From positions 1-64,000 of IMG/VR virus record IMGVR_UViG_3300017991_000051: a DNA stretch of 64,000 bases, one strand, 5' to 3'. The stretch is from a virus. The notes beneath the pieces are model-generated. The model saw only the letters and a program-made list of their open reading frames with translations. It did no database searches and was not told the DNA's origin. The translations under genes and the position numbers were made by a program. Shown here piece by piece: positions 27,966 through 38,580 of this stretch. Numbering within the stretch: the first letter of the stretch is position 1; the number at the start of each line of letters is the position of its first letter.

Positions 27966-28684
27966 GGTATGCACCTGTAATTCAGCGGCGAACGCCGGTC
28001 CTTGCGCGGCATCGACGGTAGCTTGGGTCCAAATGAATGTGAGACGAAGCCTTTCCCCTCCACGCCGGTCAGCCAATGCTTCTGCGCCAACACGAGGGGG
28101 AGTACTCCCGTTTTGAAAATTGCTCTGATTAGCGCCGTCTGATCCTTACCGCCGAACACCTTCCACTCCGCGTACCACGCGTCGAACAGCTTCCGGACCT
28201 GCTTGTCGTCGCGTCGGAAGAAGATCAGGCCGCTCGCATACTGCGGCGCCCACCGCATACCGCCCAGCGCCTTGATCGTGTACTGCCGGTCGGACGCGCC
28301 GGCGTGCGCTACGGTCCCTATCGATGGGTGATGGTGTGCGTGCGTCAACGCAATAGGTACGTGGTCCAGCATCCTGAACTGTGCAGACAGCTCCTTGTTC
28401 ACCCAGCCATCGGCATCCAGCAGCAGCGTGTACTCCCACGGCGTGTACTTGTACAGCTGGGTCTTGTACGCCCGGACCATATTCGTCGGCGCGTTGACGT
28501 ACTTCAGGCGAATCTTGTTCCGCTTGCAAAACTTCGACGCCATGTCATCCTTCCGGTTGGTAATAACCAGTGCCGGCGTCTTCGGGGCGTGACGTACCTT
28601 TGACTTCAGGGCCGCTATCGTACAGTCCGCGTAGTTCTTCCCGAACGACAGATAGACTATGCCAAACGGCTTCACGATACACAT
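27962..28684 (-). CDS. GT-A (GT8-like) glycosyltransferase
   Basis: TLLLDAD, ASGLIFF, KDQTAL. Confidence 0.75.
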   Translation of the reverse strand: MCIVKPFGIVYLSFGKNYADCTIAALKSKVRHAPKTPALVITNRKDDMASKFCKRNKIRLKYVNAPTNMVRAYKTQLYKYTPWEYTLLLDADGWVNKELSAQFRMLDHVPIALTHAHHHPSIGTVAHAGASDRQYTIKALGGMRWAPQYASGLIFFRRDDKQVRKLFDAWYAEWKVFGGKDQTALIRAIFKTGVLPLVLAQKHWLTGVEGKGFVSHSFGPKLPSMPRKDRRSPLNYRCIP

Positions 28685-29088
28685 ACCTCCCGCCTCTTAT
28701 CCGCAGCAATCTGTCGTACACGGCTACGACGATTCGACTTCCTCGGCGTAGCATGCTTCCGTTTGACTGCTTTCATTACCTCCTCCTCGTGTTTATACTG
28801 TAATTTGAATTTGTGAATCAAGCTGTTTCCGTTGGTTTCCGCGTGGATGAACGTATCCGATTCGAACAGCAGGTTCAACAACTCGACAAAACCCAAGAGC
28901 GGTCGCTCGTAGAATGAACGGTGCGACAACATCTCCGGATTCGTGCGCTTAATCCGGCCGCAATCTACCCGTAGTGCGGCCAGCTTGGTAATCGCTTCGG
29001 GATCCTGCTCAACCAGCTGGTTGAGACGTTGTAGGACGTCGCATATCGTCAACGCCTTTTTCTTAGACTTTCTCCGGCAAGAAGCCAT
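28672..29088 (-). CDS. hypothetical protein
   Basis: 138-aa ORF. Confidence 0.55.
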   Translation of the reverse strand: MASCRRKSKKKALTICDVLQRLNQLVEQDPEAITKLAALRVDCGRIKRTNPEMLSHRSFYERPLLGFVELLNLLFESDTFIHAETNGNSLIHKFKLQYKHEEEVMKAVKRKHATPRKSNRRSRVRQIAADKRREVCVS

Positions 29089-29102
29089 GTATAAGTCGCC
29101 CC

Positions 29103-29624
29103 TTACATAATGGTGCGTTCGGTGATCTTCGCTTTCGGCCAGTCAAAACGACCACCCGCCAAGATATCCATCAACTCTCCCCCGTGTACCATGGCAAGCT
29201 TCGATGTCTTGTACAGGGCTGGCCCCATCTTGATGTCATCAGCCGTCGTAACCAGTAGGATTATCCGACGCTTCGCATCATCCGGCGATAGAATCAGACG
29301 TGCAGCCCACCCCTGCATCTTGTAGTCATTACGGAACTCATCGACGGCTAGGCGTACCTTCGGGCGACGAAGGTTGGGATTGTCGGTACGAACTGCTTGT
29401 AACATCTGGCCCAATGCGTAGACCTTGTCCGGCATGAGCTGAATGTTCTTCGTCAGTTCCAATGTATCCCCCTCCTTGGTCATCGGCAACAAACGGTATG
29501 GACCTGCCTCGATCAGTGCAGTAAATCCAATCTCTCCGCCCATTTGAAACTGGATTGGACTTATGCCGATCTCGTAAGATGCCTCCGGCGGCATGCTATT
29601 CTCCAACTTTCGATTCGACGTCAC
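29103..29624 (-). CDS. hypothetical protein
   Basis: 173-aa ORF; start may be 29594. Confidence 0.6.
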   Translation of the reverse strand: MTSNRKLENSMPPEASYEIGISPIQFQMGGEIGFTALIEAGPYRLLPMTKEGDTLELTKNIQLMPDKVYALGQMLQAVRTDNPNLRRPKVRLAVDEFRNDYKMQGWAARLILSPDDAKRRIILLVTTADDIKMGPALYKTSKLAMVHGGELMDILAGGRFDWPKAKITERTIM

Positions 29625-29627
29625 GGT

Positions 29628-29657
29628 ATACTACGCCCCCTTGCGTACTTCATGCAA
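29628..29657 (-). promoter_or_regulatory. sigma70-like promoter upstream of the glycosylation cluster
   Basis: TTGCAT-18 bp-TAGTAT. Confidence 0.45.
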
Positions 29658-29663
29658 GCCTTT

Positions 29664-30230
29664 TCAATCAATTTTTATATCCCCTTTTTTGGCCATATGT
29701 GTGTAAACCGCCGCTACCCATATTAGGAACTGTTCAAGCGGTGTATCATTCTTAGCCTTGTTGCATCTCTTACAGCACGGGACGCAGTTCTTCTCGGTAT
29801 ACCCAACCGACGAATCAACTCGATCTATTCCACTGTAGGTAAAACCTTGTCTGTGATTTTTCGTTATCTTAACGTTAGACGGCGGTGAGTTGCAGTAGTG
29901 GCACGACAGAGCGATGATTCGGCGTACTGCCGATACCGACAAAGCCCACCGCAAGCCGCGGCGCTTAGCGTGCCGCCTATAGCCCAGTATAATCTGATTG
30001 ATTACACCCGCGTTGTTCGGTAATCGTCGCTTTTGCGCAGATCGCTGCACGCGGCAGCCGCAGCTCTTAGTGTTACCGGCGGTAATAAGCGAACCTTGTA
30101 TCACCTTTGTATTTCCGCAAATGCACCTACACAGTAAGAATCGTCGACTTCTGTGATCGCGATGATGAACCTCCAATATGAGAAGATCATGCATGCGATC
30201 GCCGGGCTGTAGTATCTTCCTTTTTTTCAT
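29664..30230 (-). CDS. HNH endonuclease
   Basis: CRCICG...SCGC, CHYC, GIDRVDS..GY...NCVPCC..CN..K. Confidence 0.88.
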   Translation of the reverse strand: MKKRKILQPGDRMHDLLILEVHHRDHRSRRFLLCRCICGNTKVIQGSLITAGNTKSCGCRVQRSAQKRRLPNNAGVINQIILGYRRHAKRRGLRWALSVSAVRRIIALSCHYCNSPPSNVKITKNHRQGFTYSGIDRVDSSVGYTEKNCVPCCKRCNKAKNDTPLEQFLIWVAAVYTHMAKKGDIKID

Positions 30231-30238
30231 GATTCCCC

Positions 30239-30267
30239 ATTATCGGGGTAGTTCGGCCGTATGTCAA
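30239..30267 (-). promoter_or_regulatory. sigma70-like promoter of the HNH gene
   Basis: TTGACA-17 bp-GATAAT. Confidence 0.65.
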
Positions 30268-30274
30268 TACATGT

Positions 30275-30952
30275 CTATCCCCAAGTTTTTGCCATTGCTT
30301 TCGCTATTCCAAGGTAGGTGCGGCTGCGTATCTTCCACCGGTCTTTAGATGGACCGAGCTTGTTCGCTCCGCATGGCGACTGATTCGCCCACCGCGGGTT
30401 TCCGTGGTCCGCCGTGTAGTGTGTCGGCGAATATCGTTTGCCCTTCTTGTCTCTATAATCGGAGCCGTCCGGATTCGTATACCACAGCGGCTCCATAATC
30501 TTCGTCGGCTTGAGCTTCGGAAGATTTTTCAACCACAGGCAGGTCTTTTTGCTTTCCGGATGCCCAAACTGATATGGCTGGATAATCTGGTCCGGTTTTC
30601 GCCACACGGTGGACATGATACCCACCGGATTCTCCACGCATATCATTGGTACTGGCGCATTCGCCAGCTCCATGAAGAAATCGATACCGGCCTGTTGCCG
30701 CCCGTCCTTCCGCTTCTCCGGGAACCATCTAGCCCCACTCACCGCCAAATGTGTACAGGGCGGAAAAGCAATCATCAGGTCCCAGCCGAACTTGTTCTTT
30801 TTTCTGTACAGCAAATCGAGGACATCGCCCTGTATATGCCACTTCGGATCGCCCTCACATGGTTCGATATCGCAACTCCACGCGTCGTGTCCACGCTTGC
30901 GGAATGCGTCCCTCACCCGGGCTGAAAACTCACACGCTATCAATACTTTCAC
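30275..30952 (-). CDS. phage DNA cytosine methyltransferase-like protein
   Basis: VLIACEFS..VRDAF, SCD, AFPPCT (motif IV), ENP (motif VI). Confidence 0.8.
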   Translation of the reverse strand: MKVLIACEFSARVRDAFRKRGHDAWSCDIEPCEGDPKWHIQGDVLDLLYRKKNKFGWDLMIAFPPCTHLAVSGARWFPEKRKDGRQQAGIDFFMELANAPVPMICVENPVGIMSTVWRKPDQIIQPYQFGHPESKKTCLWLKNLPKLKPTKIMEPLWYTNPDGSDYRDKKGKRYSPTHYTADHGNPRWANQSPCGANKLGPSKDRWKIRSRTYLGIAKAMAKTWG

Positions 30953-31011
30953 GTTTCCCCCATACATATATGTACGGCGGCGGGAATGTAACCCGCCGCC
31001 ATACATTTCGA

Positions 31012-32073
31012 TTAGGCCGCAGCTATCGCAGACCAGTCGCGCGGGGCAAGTTCAATGATCTTGCCGCCTGCCCGCTCCAACTCCGTCGCCCGGTCGTAGT
31101 CTTCAATGTCCTGTGATACCGACGTAATGGCGTTGGCGAGACCCCAGCGGGTCAAGTCGCCACCCTCCGCCAGTCGCTTGAGGACGCTGTCGCCCTCCGC
31201 TTCCGTCAGGTCCATTGTCTTCGACGTACGCTCAACGACCTTCGGAATGTCGTCGGACTCAATCCGGTCATCCGCAGCCGACCGCAGTTCCTCAAGGACC
31301 TTGTTGAAGAAGTCCTCCTTCAGAAACGCTTGGGCCAAGTCACGAGCCTGCATGAACACAGCCTTGTCCGACTGTAATTTTGTAGCATCGCTGAACAATT
31401 CCCACGCGTCGCCGGCACCGTTACGGTGCTTGCTGCCCGCGTGGACCTGTCGCATCTGATGATCCTGCCGGATCATACCGTTGAGACATACGAGCCTGTA
31501 GATGAGCGGCTGTACGCTCAGCGCCCCGGATCCGACCTCGCTGTTGGAGATCACGACCCCAGCCTGCACCACGTCGCCCTTCTTGACCTCGCCCTGTACC
31601 TTCGGGCTGATCGCCTTGAGGTAGAGCCGGCGTTCAGTCAGCTCACAGCTCGCGATGTTGAGACCAGTCTGCTCCAACGAGGGATAGACCGCCTCCATCA
31701 GGTCCACGTTGTCCAGCGGACGGTAACGGTCGGACAGAAACGCGCGTGCGTTGCCATCCATCGTACGGATCATCCTCGTCGCCGGCTGCTCCTCGAACCA
31801 GTGATTCACGTTCCGCACGAGGAGTTCCGGCGCCTGCGTACGCATCCTGTCGTAGTACGGCTTCGGAATCTTCGTGTGCTGGCCGATCTGCCCATGACAG
31901 AGGTCCGTCACGTCGAAGATGCTGTCGTTCTCCGACAGCGCCATCGTCATCTTGATGCCGCTATCGTTAGTGGTCAACAACGCCTTACGCGTATCGGCCA
32001 TGTAGTCGTGCTTCGTCTGCGCCTGCTGCATGAGCAACGCAGCCAATGATTGCAATGTCTGCCCCGTCTTCAT
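31012..32073 (-). CDS. DUF932-family phage/plasmid protein
   Basis: RAFLSDRYRPLDN, ISNSEVGSGA, YRLVCLNGMI. Confidence 0.85.
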   Translation of the reverse strand: MKTGQTLQSLAALLMQQAQTKHDYMADTRKALLTTNDSGIKMTMALSENDSIFDVTDLCHGQIGQHTKIPKPYYDRMRTQAPELLVRNVNHWFEEQPATRMIRTMDGNARAFLSDRYRPLDNVDLMEAVYPSLEQTGLNIASCELTERRLYLKAISPKVQGEVKKGDVVQAGVVISNSEVGSGALSVQPLIYRLVCLNGMIRQDHQMRQVHAGSKHRNGAGDAWELFSDATKLQSDKAVFMQARDLAQAFLKEDFFNKVLEELRSAADDRIESDDIPKVVERTSKTMDLTEAEGDSVLKRLAEGGDLTRWGLANAITSVSQDIEDYDRATELERAGGKIIELAPRDWSAIAAA

Positions 32074-32360
32074 TCTGTATTTTCTCCTGCTTCGTCAAAC
32101 AACTCACCGTCGGGATCGAAGTCCCGGTAGATGCCCCCGTTCTCGGGGACGTTCTCGTCACCGTGTATGGCGATAAACCACGTACCTTCATCGTCGTCGA
32201 ACGCGACGGTACCCAACGTGCCGCCGAAGTATTCGGTCACCACGTCGGCTAGGTCCTCGAGGAAGTGCTTGTACGTGTCAGCCTCATCTATCTCACCGTG
32301 ATCCGTGATCGCGCGCGAGAGTATAGTCAACAGCTCAATGTCCGTTAGTATCTTTGCCAT
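32070..32360 (-). CDS. acidic hypothetical protein
   Basis: 96-aa ORF overlapping the next gene. Confidence 0.6.
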   Translation of the reverse strand: MAKILTDIELLTILSRAITDHGEIDEADTYKHFLEDLADVVTEYFGGTLGTVAFDDDEGTWFIAIHGDENVPENGGIYRDFDPDGELFDEAGENTE

Positions 32361-32401
32361 AAGTAGCGGGGAGCCGGCGTTAACCGGCTCCCCACGCCCC
32401 T

Positions 32402-33256
32402 TTAGCGCGCAGCCATACGCTTGTTCTCGTAGGCTTGGATCGCAATCTTGATAGCGTGTAATCTTATCGTTAGATCATGTTGCTGCTGCCGCAACGCCTC
32501 CAGCATACCGCCAGCATCTTCTTCGACCACCGGTTGCGCCGTCGACTGCGATTCTTTTTTCGTCGCGGACGGCTTAGCCGCAGTGGCTTTATCGCGCTCA
32601 GCGCGCCGCGCGGCCGCGCGTTTCTTTTTCTCGTCCGCTAGTTCCGCATTGGTCTTGATTTTTTGCGTTCTGCGGTAAACGCCGGCCCATTCGCGGTATA
32701 TTCCGTTAAACCGATACAGCCATTTCGAACATAGTTCTTCATCGACCGACATGAACTCGTAGTATTCGTCGGTGAACTGTTTCTCGGTTACTTCCCCAGC
32801 ATTGACGCACGCGACCAGTTGTGTAATGTCAACAGCCGAGATGCTCTGCATGGTTTTTGTGTGTACCGGAACAATCCACCTATGTTTGAGGAATTCCGTC
32901 GCCTTAAACCAGCCTGCATCATGGACCTCAGCTGTCAGTTTTTGGACTATGATGGAGTACATAGGGTTTCCAGCTTCCCAGCCGGCCGCCGGCTCATCAC
33001 TACGCTGGCGAACTCGCGCCATCGTTTCCTCAGCCCACTCCGGTTTGAAGTCCATAAGGATTATCTCAGGATCGTCCCGCAGCTCGGGACAAAGATCTAA
33101 TTTCGTTGCCAACATGTAGCGCTTTCCGTCCAGCATTTTGCTAACATGACTGTTCGCATGCGCCCACGTTAGCGCACAAAACACAGCTGCGGCATCCTTA
33201 ATACCGGCCGTCGATACGCTGTATGGTACTTCTCTCTTCTTCTTTTTTCCCGCCAT
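32402..33256 (-). CDS. hypothetical protein
   Basis: 284-aa ORF, GGAGGG SD. Confidence 0.65.
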   Translation of the reverse strand: MAGKKKKREVPYSVSTAGIKDAAAVFCALTWAHANSHVSKMLDGKRYMLATKLDLCPELRDDPEIILMDFKPEWAEETMARVRQRSDEPAAGWEAGNPMYSIIVQKLTAEVHDAGWFKATEFLKHRWIVPVHTKTMQSISAVDITQLVACVNAGEVTEKQFTDEYYEFMSVDEELCSKWLYRFNGIYREWAGVYRRTQKIKTNAELADEKKKRAAARRAERDKATAAKPSATKKESQSTAQPVVEEDAGGMLEALRQQQHDLTIRLHAIKIAIQAYENKRMAAR

Positions 33257-33271
33257 TTGTTATCCCTCCCT

Positions 33272-34762
33272 TTACTTTGCAGCCCTCCGCAGCATCGCCT
33301 TCTTGACGAACAGCTCAGGCTCAAATTTCTTATACAGTTTGGGTTCGGATGCCAACAGCGCAGTATGCTCGTTAACCAAACGCTCGAACTCCTTATCGTA
33401 AACCCCGTCATGACCGGTACCCATACAGTGGGCTAACTCGTGGAGAACGATCGATGTCAGCTTTGACACCGGCTGCTCCAGTGCTGCCTTCTTAAGCAGC
33501 TTGACATTGAACGTTATGGACTGGCCGTGGCTGTAGAACGCCATAGTCGTGAACGAGTTCCACGTCGCGTATATGACCACAACGTTCTTCTCGTAGAACC
33601 GACGGCAGAGGAACTGCACGTACTTGCGCAGATGATCCCTCGCCGGGCTATCCTTCACCTCCCGGAAACCCTCCGGCAGCCCCGTTTTCTCCAGCTCGTC
33701 CCGGTCTCGGCAGAACCTCTCCTTCGTGGTCGCGATGCCTCCCGCACGCAGCTTGTGGTTCACGCCGGAACCGAAGGTGCGGGATGATACTATGGTAGCA
33801 CCCGACCGCGCCGCCTCCTGATCCGAGTCCGGATCGTGCGATTGGATAACCGCATTGTCACCGAACTGCTGGTGGAACATGTTGGCCGCCGTCTCCGGAT
33901 CCATCCGGTCATCCTCCATCGCCATCCGGACATGGGACTGGCCCAAATCTCCCGGTTTCATCCTGTCGTGGAGCGCCATCAGCATCTCCGCGTAGATGTC
34001 CTGTAGGAAGGACTGCGGTACCAACGTACGGTCCTGCGACAGCGGAACCTTCTGCTGTACATCGACATCGAACGTACCGCCTATAGTACAGACGGGGATC
34101 CCCATCTCACACAGGTGAGCCTTTTCCTGCCGCTTGTGGTAGAACCAGACCTTAGTGCGCCGGGATGTCTTCGTCATCATCTGTTGGCCTTTGACGGTCT
34201 TAACGTACTCGGTAGACAGCCGTGTGGAAATCTCCTTCAACGGCTTCACGTACTTTAGACGCTCGCCGTTGAGGGTGTATTTGATACCCTTCGGAACGTA
34301 CAGCGCGCAAAGGAATGCGAGCGCTTGATTCAGCTCCTTGTCGGACCAGCGCGGCAACGTTACGATCACCTTGGAGCCTTTGTCCGTCCCGTCCTTGGCG
34401 GCGTGACGGCCGCTCGCATTGAACATGATCGTACCCGTGGTGGTTCGTACCGAGGCAGATATCGCGCGCGCGATTACGAGCTTTTCTCCTAGGTTGTAGC
34501 GCCCCCGAACTGTTGGGTCGCTGCGCTTCTCGGTCGAGCCGAACAACGTATACGCGTCACGTATGTTTTTGAACCCGTCCGGATTGTCGTCCTCGACGAT
34601 CACCTTCGTAGTCTTTGCGTCCTGCTTGATCGTCACCGCACACAGCTTGCCGGCGGTATCCCAGCAGTTCTGTACGAGTTCCGACACCATCCGCTCGGGC
34701 GGAAAGTTCGCGAACATCTCCTTCAGCCCGTCTTTATCCACATCGAACCAACTCTTACTCAT
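33272..34762 (-). CDS. GHKL (Hsp90/MutL/MORC-like) ATPase with C-terminal HExxH domain
   Basis: ELVQNCWD, VEDD..DGF, RGRYNLGEK; LHELAH...GH. Confidence 0.75.
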   Translation of the reverse strand: MSKSWFDVDKDGLKEMFANFPPERMVSELVQNCWDTAGKLCAVTIKQDAKTTKVIVEDDNPDGFKNIRDAYTLFGSTEKRSDPTVRGRYNLGEKLVIARAISASVRTTTGTIMFNASGRHAAKDGTDKGSKVIVTLPRWSDKELNQALAFLCALYVPKGIKYTLNGERLKYVKPLKEISTRLSTEYVKTVKGQQMMTKTSRRTKVWFYHKRQEKAHLCEMGIPVCTIGGTFDVDVQQKVPLSQDRTLVPQSFLQDIYAEMLMALHDRMKPGDLGQSHVRMAMEDDRMDPETAANMFHQQFGDNAVIQSHDPDSDQEAARSGATIVSSRTFGSGVNHKLRAGGIATTKERFCRDRDELEKTGLPEGFREVKDSPARDHLRKYVQFLCRRFYEKNVVVIYATWNSFTTMAFYSHGQSITFNVKLLKKAALEQPVSKLTSIVLHELAHCMGTGHDGVYDKEFERLVNEHTALLASEPKLYKKFEPELFVKKAMLRRAAK

Positions 34763-35195
34763 CCTCCACGTCCTCCTGCAGGAATTCCGGTATGTCGTCC
34801 GGACACGTGTCCGGCGCGTCCACTACGTCCAACCAAGTATGCAGCTCGTCGTACTTCACCGCATTCATCAAATCCTCGTACATACACTGTTTGGCATGTT
34901 CCACCATCTCCTTGTTGTCGAGGTCGACCACGTAGTCGAGGTTCAAAACCACGCGACCCATTCGGCAGTCTGTGTGCGCTTTAGCTTCCTCGCGCGCCGG
35001 GTCATAGAAGTCGAGCCGGCCGGTGTTTATATCCTCGCATAGTGCGTCGACAGCCTCGTCCGATAACGGGGCCATACACTCCTCGTCCGGAGGCGTGCTG
35101 ACAAAGTGCTCCATGCACGCGAAGTCGATCTCGCCGGCATGTTCTTGGCAGTACCTGAGCGCTGCCAGTAAGTGCGCAACTGTTCTATCGTCCAT
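34755..35195 (-). CDS. acidic hypothetical protein
   Basis: 146-aa ORF. Confidence 0.55.
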   Translation of the reverse strand: MDDRTVAHLLAALRYCQEHAGEIDFACMEHFVSTPPDEECMAPLSDEAVDALCEDINTGRLDFYDPAREEAKAHTDCRMGRVVLNLDYVVDLDNKEMVEHAKQCMYEDLMNAVKYDELHTWLDVVDAPDTCPDDIPEFLQEDVEDE

Positions 35196-35394
35196 ACAGC
35201 CTCCTCATTTAACAACGTGGCACGCTTCCATGTACCACTCTGCAGGTTCGCTGGGATCCGGTTCGGGGATATCACCGATACTCACGGTCAGCTTGTCCTT
35301 GTCTATTTCCGACTTATCAATGCCGATATCCCTTACCTGACCACAACAGCTACAGGATAGTCGGATAAACTGACGATTCGGATCTATTATCAGT

Positions 35395-36063
35395 TCAAGC
35401 ATCGTCCATCCCCTTATGTTGAGCAAATGCGTGCATTAGCTCCGCCACCTCCGGAATAGCTTCCGCGTCATTTGGTGGATACTTTTCCAGCAGCGCCAGT
35501 GCTTGCTTAACTATATCGAGCATTTCACGCGTTGATTGCTGAAGCTTTCCGACCTGATTCATCAAGTCTTCTGCTATGGTGCTGGCCTTCCGACCTGTCT
35601 CGATATACTTCGCTACATCGTTCAGCAACGCACCCTCCGGCCATTCCAGCCCGTATTTCTTAAATATGCCGATCACTGCAGCAGTATCCCGCGCCTTCTC
35701 CTCACAGTTACTTTCGCTGTATATCGCGTCCAGCCACGGCTCCGCAGCATCCACCATCGCGTTGTTGATGTCGGAGTAGTCAGGGTGATAGAGCCAATAA
35801 TGGCCACCCATCTCGACCGACACACAGCCGCGGCGACGGTCAAACTGACTAAAGAACTTCCGCTTATCCTGCGGACGTACGAAATAGGTATCATAAAAGC
35901 CCAACCTGTTATAATGAGCTATGAAGGACGCATGCTGAATAAGGTGATTATAAAGCGCCTTCTTGAAGTGATCCAACTTGCACCCGTGTTTGAGGAAGGT
36001 CTTCCACTGCCGGAGTACCGTCTCCTTCTCCTTCGCTGTCATAAATTGAACATCTTTCATCAC
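35395..36063 (-). CDS. hypothetical phage protein
   Basis: 222-aa ORF, SD present. Confidence 0.65.
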   Translation of the reverse strand: MMKDVQFMTAKEKETVLRQWKTFLKHGCKLDHFKKALYNHLIQHASFIAHYNRLGFYDTYFVRPQDKRKFFSQFDRRRGCVSVEMGGHYWLYHPDYSDINNAMVDAAEPWLDAIYSESNCEEKARDTAAVIGIFKKYGLEWPEGALLNDVAKYIETGRKASTIAEDLMNQVGKLQQSTREMLDIVKQALALLEKYPPNDAEAIPEVAELMHAFAQHKGMDDA

Positions 36064-36677
36064 TCACTCCTTCTCTCCCATATTGCGTTTTTGACCATAT
36101 CGATCACAGATTGACGATCTAATTCCGGATGATCGTCTTCGTCACACAACCACGACAGTACATGCTGTAATGCTGTATTCATAACCTCAGCACGCAGTAT
36201 CAGCCCGTCAACGCGCGCATACGACCGCGAAGAGTTTTCGAAATCGCAACGAACGCCATCGTCTAAATCTTTCTCACGCTCCATAGCATCGAGTTGATCG
36301 CGCGCTAGTTGCAACACGCACTCGATATCGTCGTCGCGGCGAGCCATAGGTATATCGTAGCGGTCGGACCATTCGCGAAGTACGTCCTCGCTACCACTAC
36401 CGATGTCTTCCCACTTCCTGATAGCTTTACGAACATAATCGTAACCGTCCGATGTCAGCGGATTATCAAGAAAACATTGACAATAATCACAGTGTTGCGG
36501 ACAGTCCGCCTCGCCTCCGCCGTCCGAGTAAGGACCCTTCGGGAAATCATCGGAATCGAATGTGGCCTCATCGTCCGGATTCTCCGGAGCCTCACCGTTA
36601 TCTGTAAGATCCTTCCGGACCTCGTCACCGCACTGCTCGCACAGCAACGCCGCTTGGTATAGATATACGTTCATCAT
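36060..36677 (-). CDS. hypothetical phage protein with Zn-binding Cys pairs
   Basis: CEQC...DSDDFPKGP...HCDYC. Confidence 0.65.
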   Translation of the reverse strand: MMNVYLYQAALLCEQCGDEVRKDLTDNGEAPENPDDEATFDSDDFPKGPYSDGGGEADCPQHCDYCQCFLDNPLTSDGYDYVRKAIRKWEDIGSGSEDVLREWSDRYDIPMARRDDDIECVLQLARDQLDAMEREKDLDDGVRCDFENSSRSYARVDGLILRAEVMNTALQHVLSWLCDEDDHPELDRQSVIDMVKNAIWERRSE

Positions 36678-36684
36678 CGCTCCT

Positions 36685-36903
36685 TTATGTTCGTTTCCAA
36701 AACCGCGTCGCGTTTTTCCAGCGTACGCGTTCGCGTTCCGTACCTGGCGCCTGGTCGTACCCCACTACCTTGCGCCCGCAAACTGGACAACACTGCTGGT
36801 CGTCCGTTATCGCCGCCCCGCAACATTGCGTGAACATCGTACTGTTTGTTCCCTGTGGCATTAGCGGCACTATATCAACGATAACATCTTCGTTATAGTG
36901 CAT
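36685..36903 (-). CDS. small Zn-ribbon protein
   Basis: CCG...CPVCG; AGGAGG SD. Confidence 0.55.
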   Translation of the reverse strand: MHYNEDVIVDIVPLMPQGTNSTMFTQCCGAAITDDQQCCPVCGRKVVGYDQAPGTERERVRWKNATRFWKRT

Positions 36904-38580
36904 GATTACCTCCTCAGCTGTATCGCTGCTATAAACACAGTCGCAAACAATGCCCAGAAGAGCATCATCCCTATCGCATATTTTATTGCGTCACCATTAG
37001 TGGGACAGATATCCTGCGACGTACCGCGTTCCGGCCTGTTCACGCGTTCAGCGTTCCACCATTTTCTAAACCGATTTATCACTACTTCCTCCTTTCAACG
37101 CGAAGCTGAAGGCGACGCGGTAGATCGCGCGCCTTAGCTCAATCGTTGGAACTCTTGATGAATCTCAAAAGCGTAAATAGTTTTCAGTACGGCTATCACT
37201 GCCTCAATATGTGGCTTGGCCACAAACTTCGGTGTGCATACTTTTCCGTCTGGGCTATGCTTCCATTCGTCGGGGCTCTCGGCCCACGCTTCCAGCTGGC
37301 CGTCATCCAGCGTCTTGAAATGAAACTGCCAATCGTGTCGAGGTAAAACCGATAACATAGGAGAATCCTCCATGGCTCAGGTTATGAATGAACATTGCAT
37401 GCGTTTTGCTGGGCAGCTCCATACCGTTAGTCAGACATGGGACGAATACCAGCTAACCGTAACGATCAGTCCACCATCTAAGCCACTGGCGAAACGATTG
37501 TCACAGTTGTTGACACCGACGAACCAGCTAATGCTGATTTTCAACGAAGGTGCTTGGGAGTTCCAACAAGGAGCTGAAGGCGACGCGGTAAACCGCGCGC
37601 CTTAGCTCAACCGTTGAAAGGTAAACATTATGGAACTTGAACAGTGTTGTCAGAATCCGGCGTGTCCGGACAAAGGTGCCCCGCTACACACTTATACCAC
37701 GGAGCTAATGGCTCACGAGGATCCAGCTCTACCCACGTCTGACACAATAGCGGATACGGACCGCCCGACTTCTCACACAGAGTGTAGCCCAACTTTTCTA
37801 CTTCTTGTCTGCTCAGCTTGCGGTCTGACACGAATGTTTCATCATGAGACACAACTGCAATCGTCCGCCCGTCATCGTCCAGAACGGGGGTCACTTTTGT
37901 AACTTGTGCTGCAAACATTATAACCTCCTTTCAACAAGGAGCTGAAGGCGACGCGGTTGCCCGCGCGCCTTAGCTCAACCGTTGTCTGCATTGAACTGGC
38001 GCTGTACTGGCTGCGCCATGATGATGTGCTGTGCTGCGTGAATCGCGCGGCGAAATTCGGTAGTTTCGTCGGAATGCACCGAGTTAAGTCGCACAAACTA
38101 GTTCCATGCGTCTGCCAGTCTGCTCACGACCGAATTTTCGGCGGCAGACAACAAAGAGGTGGACGGCGACACGGAAACCGCGCCGACCTCCTCTGTTGCT
38201 TCGTTGCGTTGTTCAGCGGTTTCCATGCGCGTCACCTCCAGCGTTGGCAATGAAAGGAATACAGAGATGAAGTACGTTGTTTATCTTGTCGGCCTACCAG
38301 TTGAAAACGGTATAGAAATCCGAAGTGATGAGGATTTACTAACTCTGTTTCGACAGGACGCCGACCCAAATCGTATTATCTCCGTCTCCCGTTATAAACC
38401 AAACGACACACTACTCCGCGTGTCGTCTATCGCGCTTCTCTCCAAGAAAGATTGACGCGGCACGCTCAGCCGCGTTCGCAAGAGTAACTACGCGATCGAA
38501 AAACACCTTGTCCGGTTCTGCCGGATCTTTTTTACTGAGTTCACACTGAAGCACAATATTGAATCGTTCCTGCTTATAGT

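Noticed and set aside
719-36864. Numerous long + strand ORFs (e.g. 3230-3952, 4149-5054, 10716-11477)
   Set aside because: Antisense shadows of minus-strand genes in GC-rich DNA; no motifs
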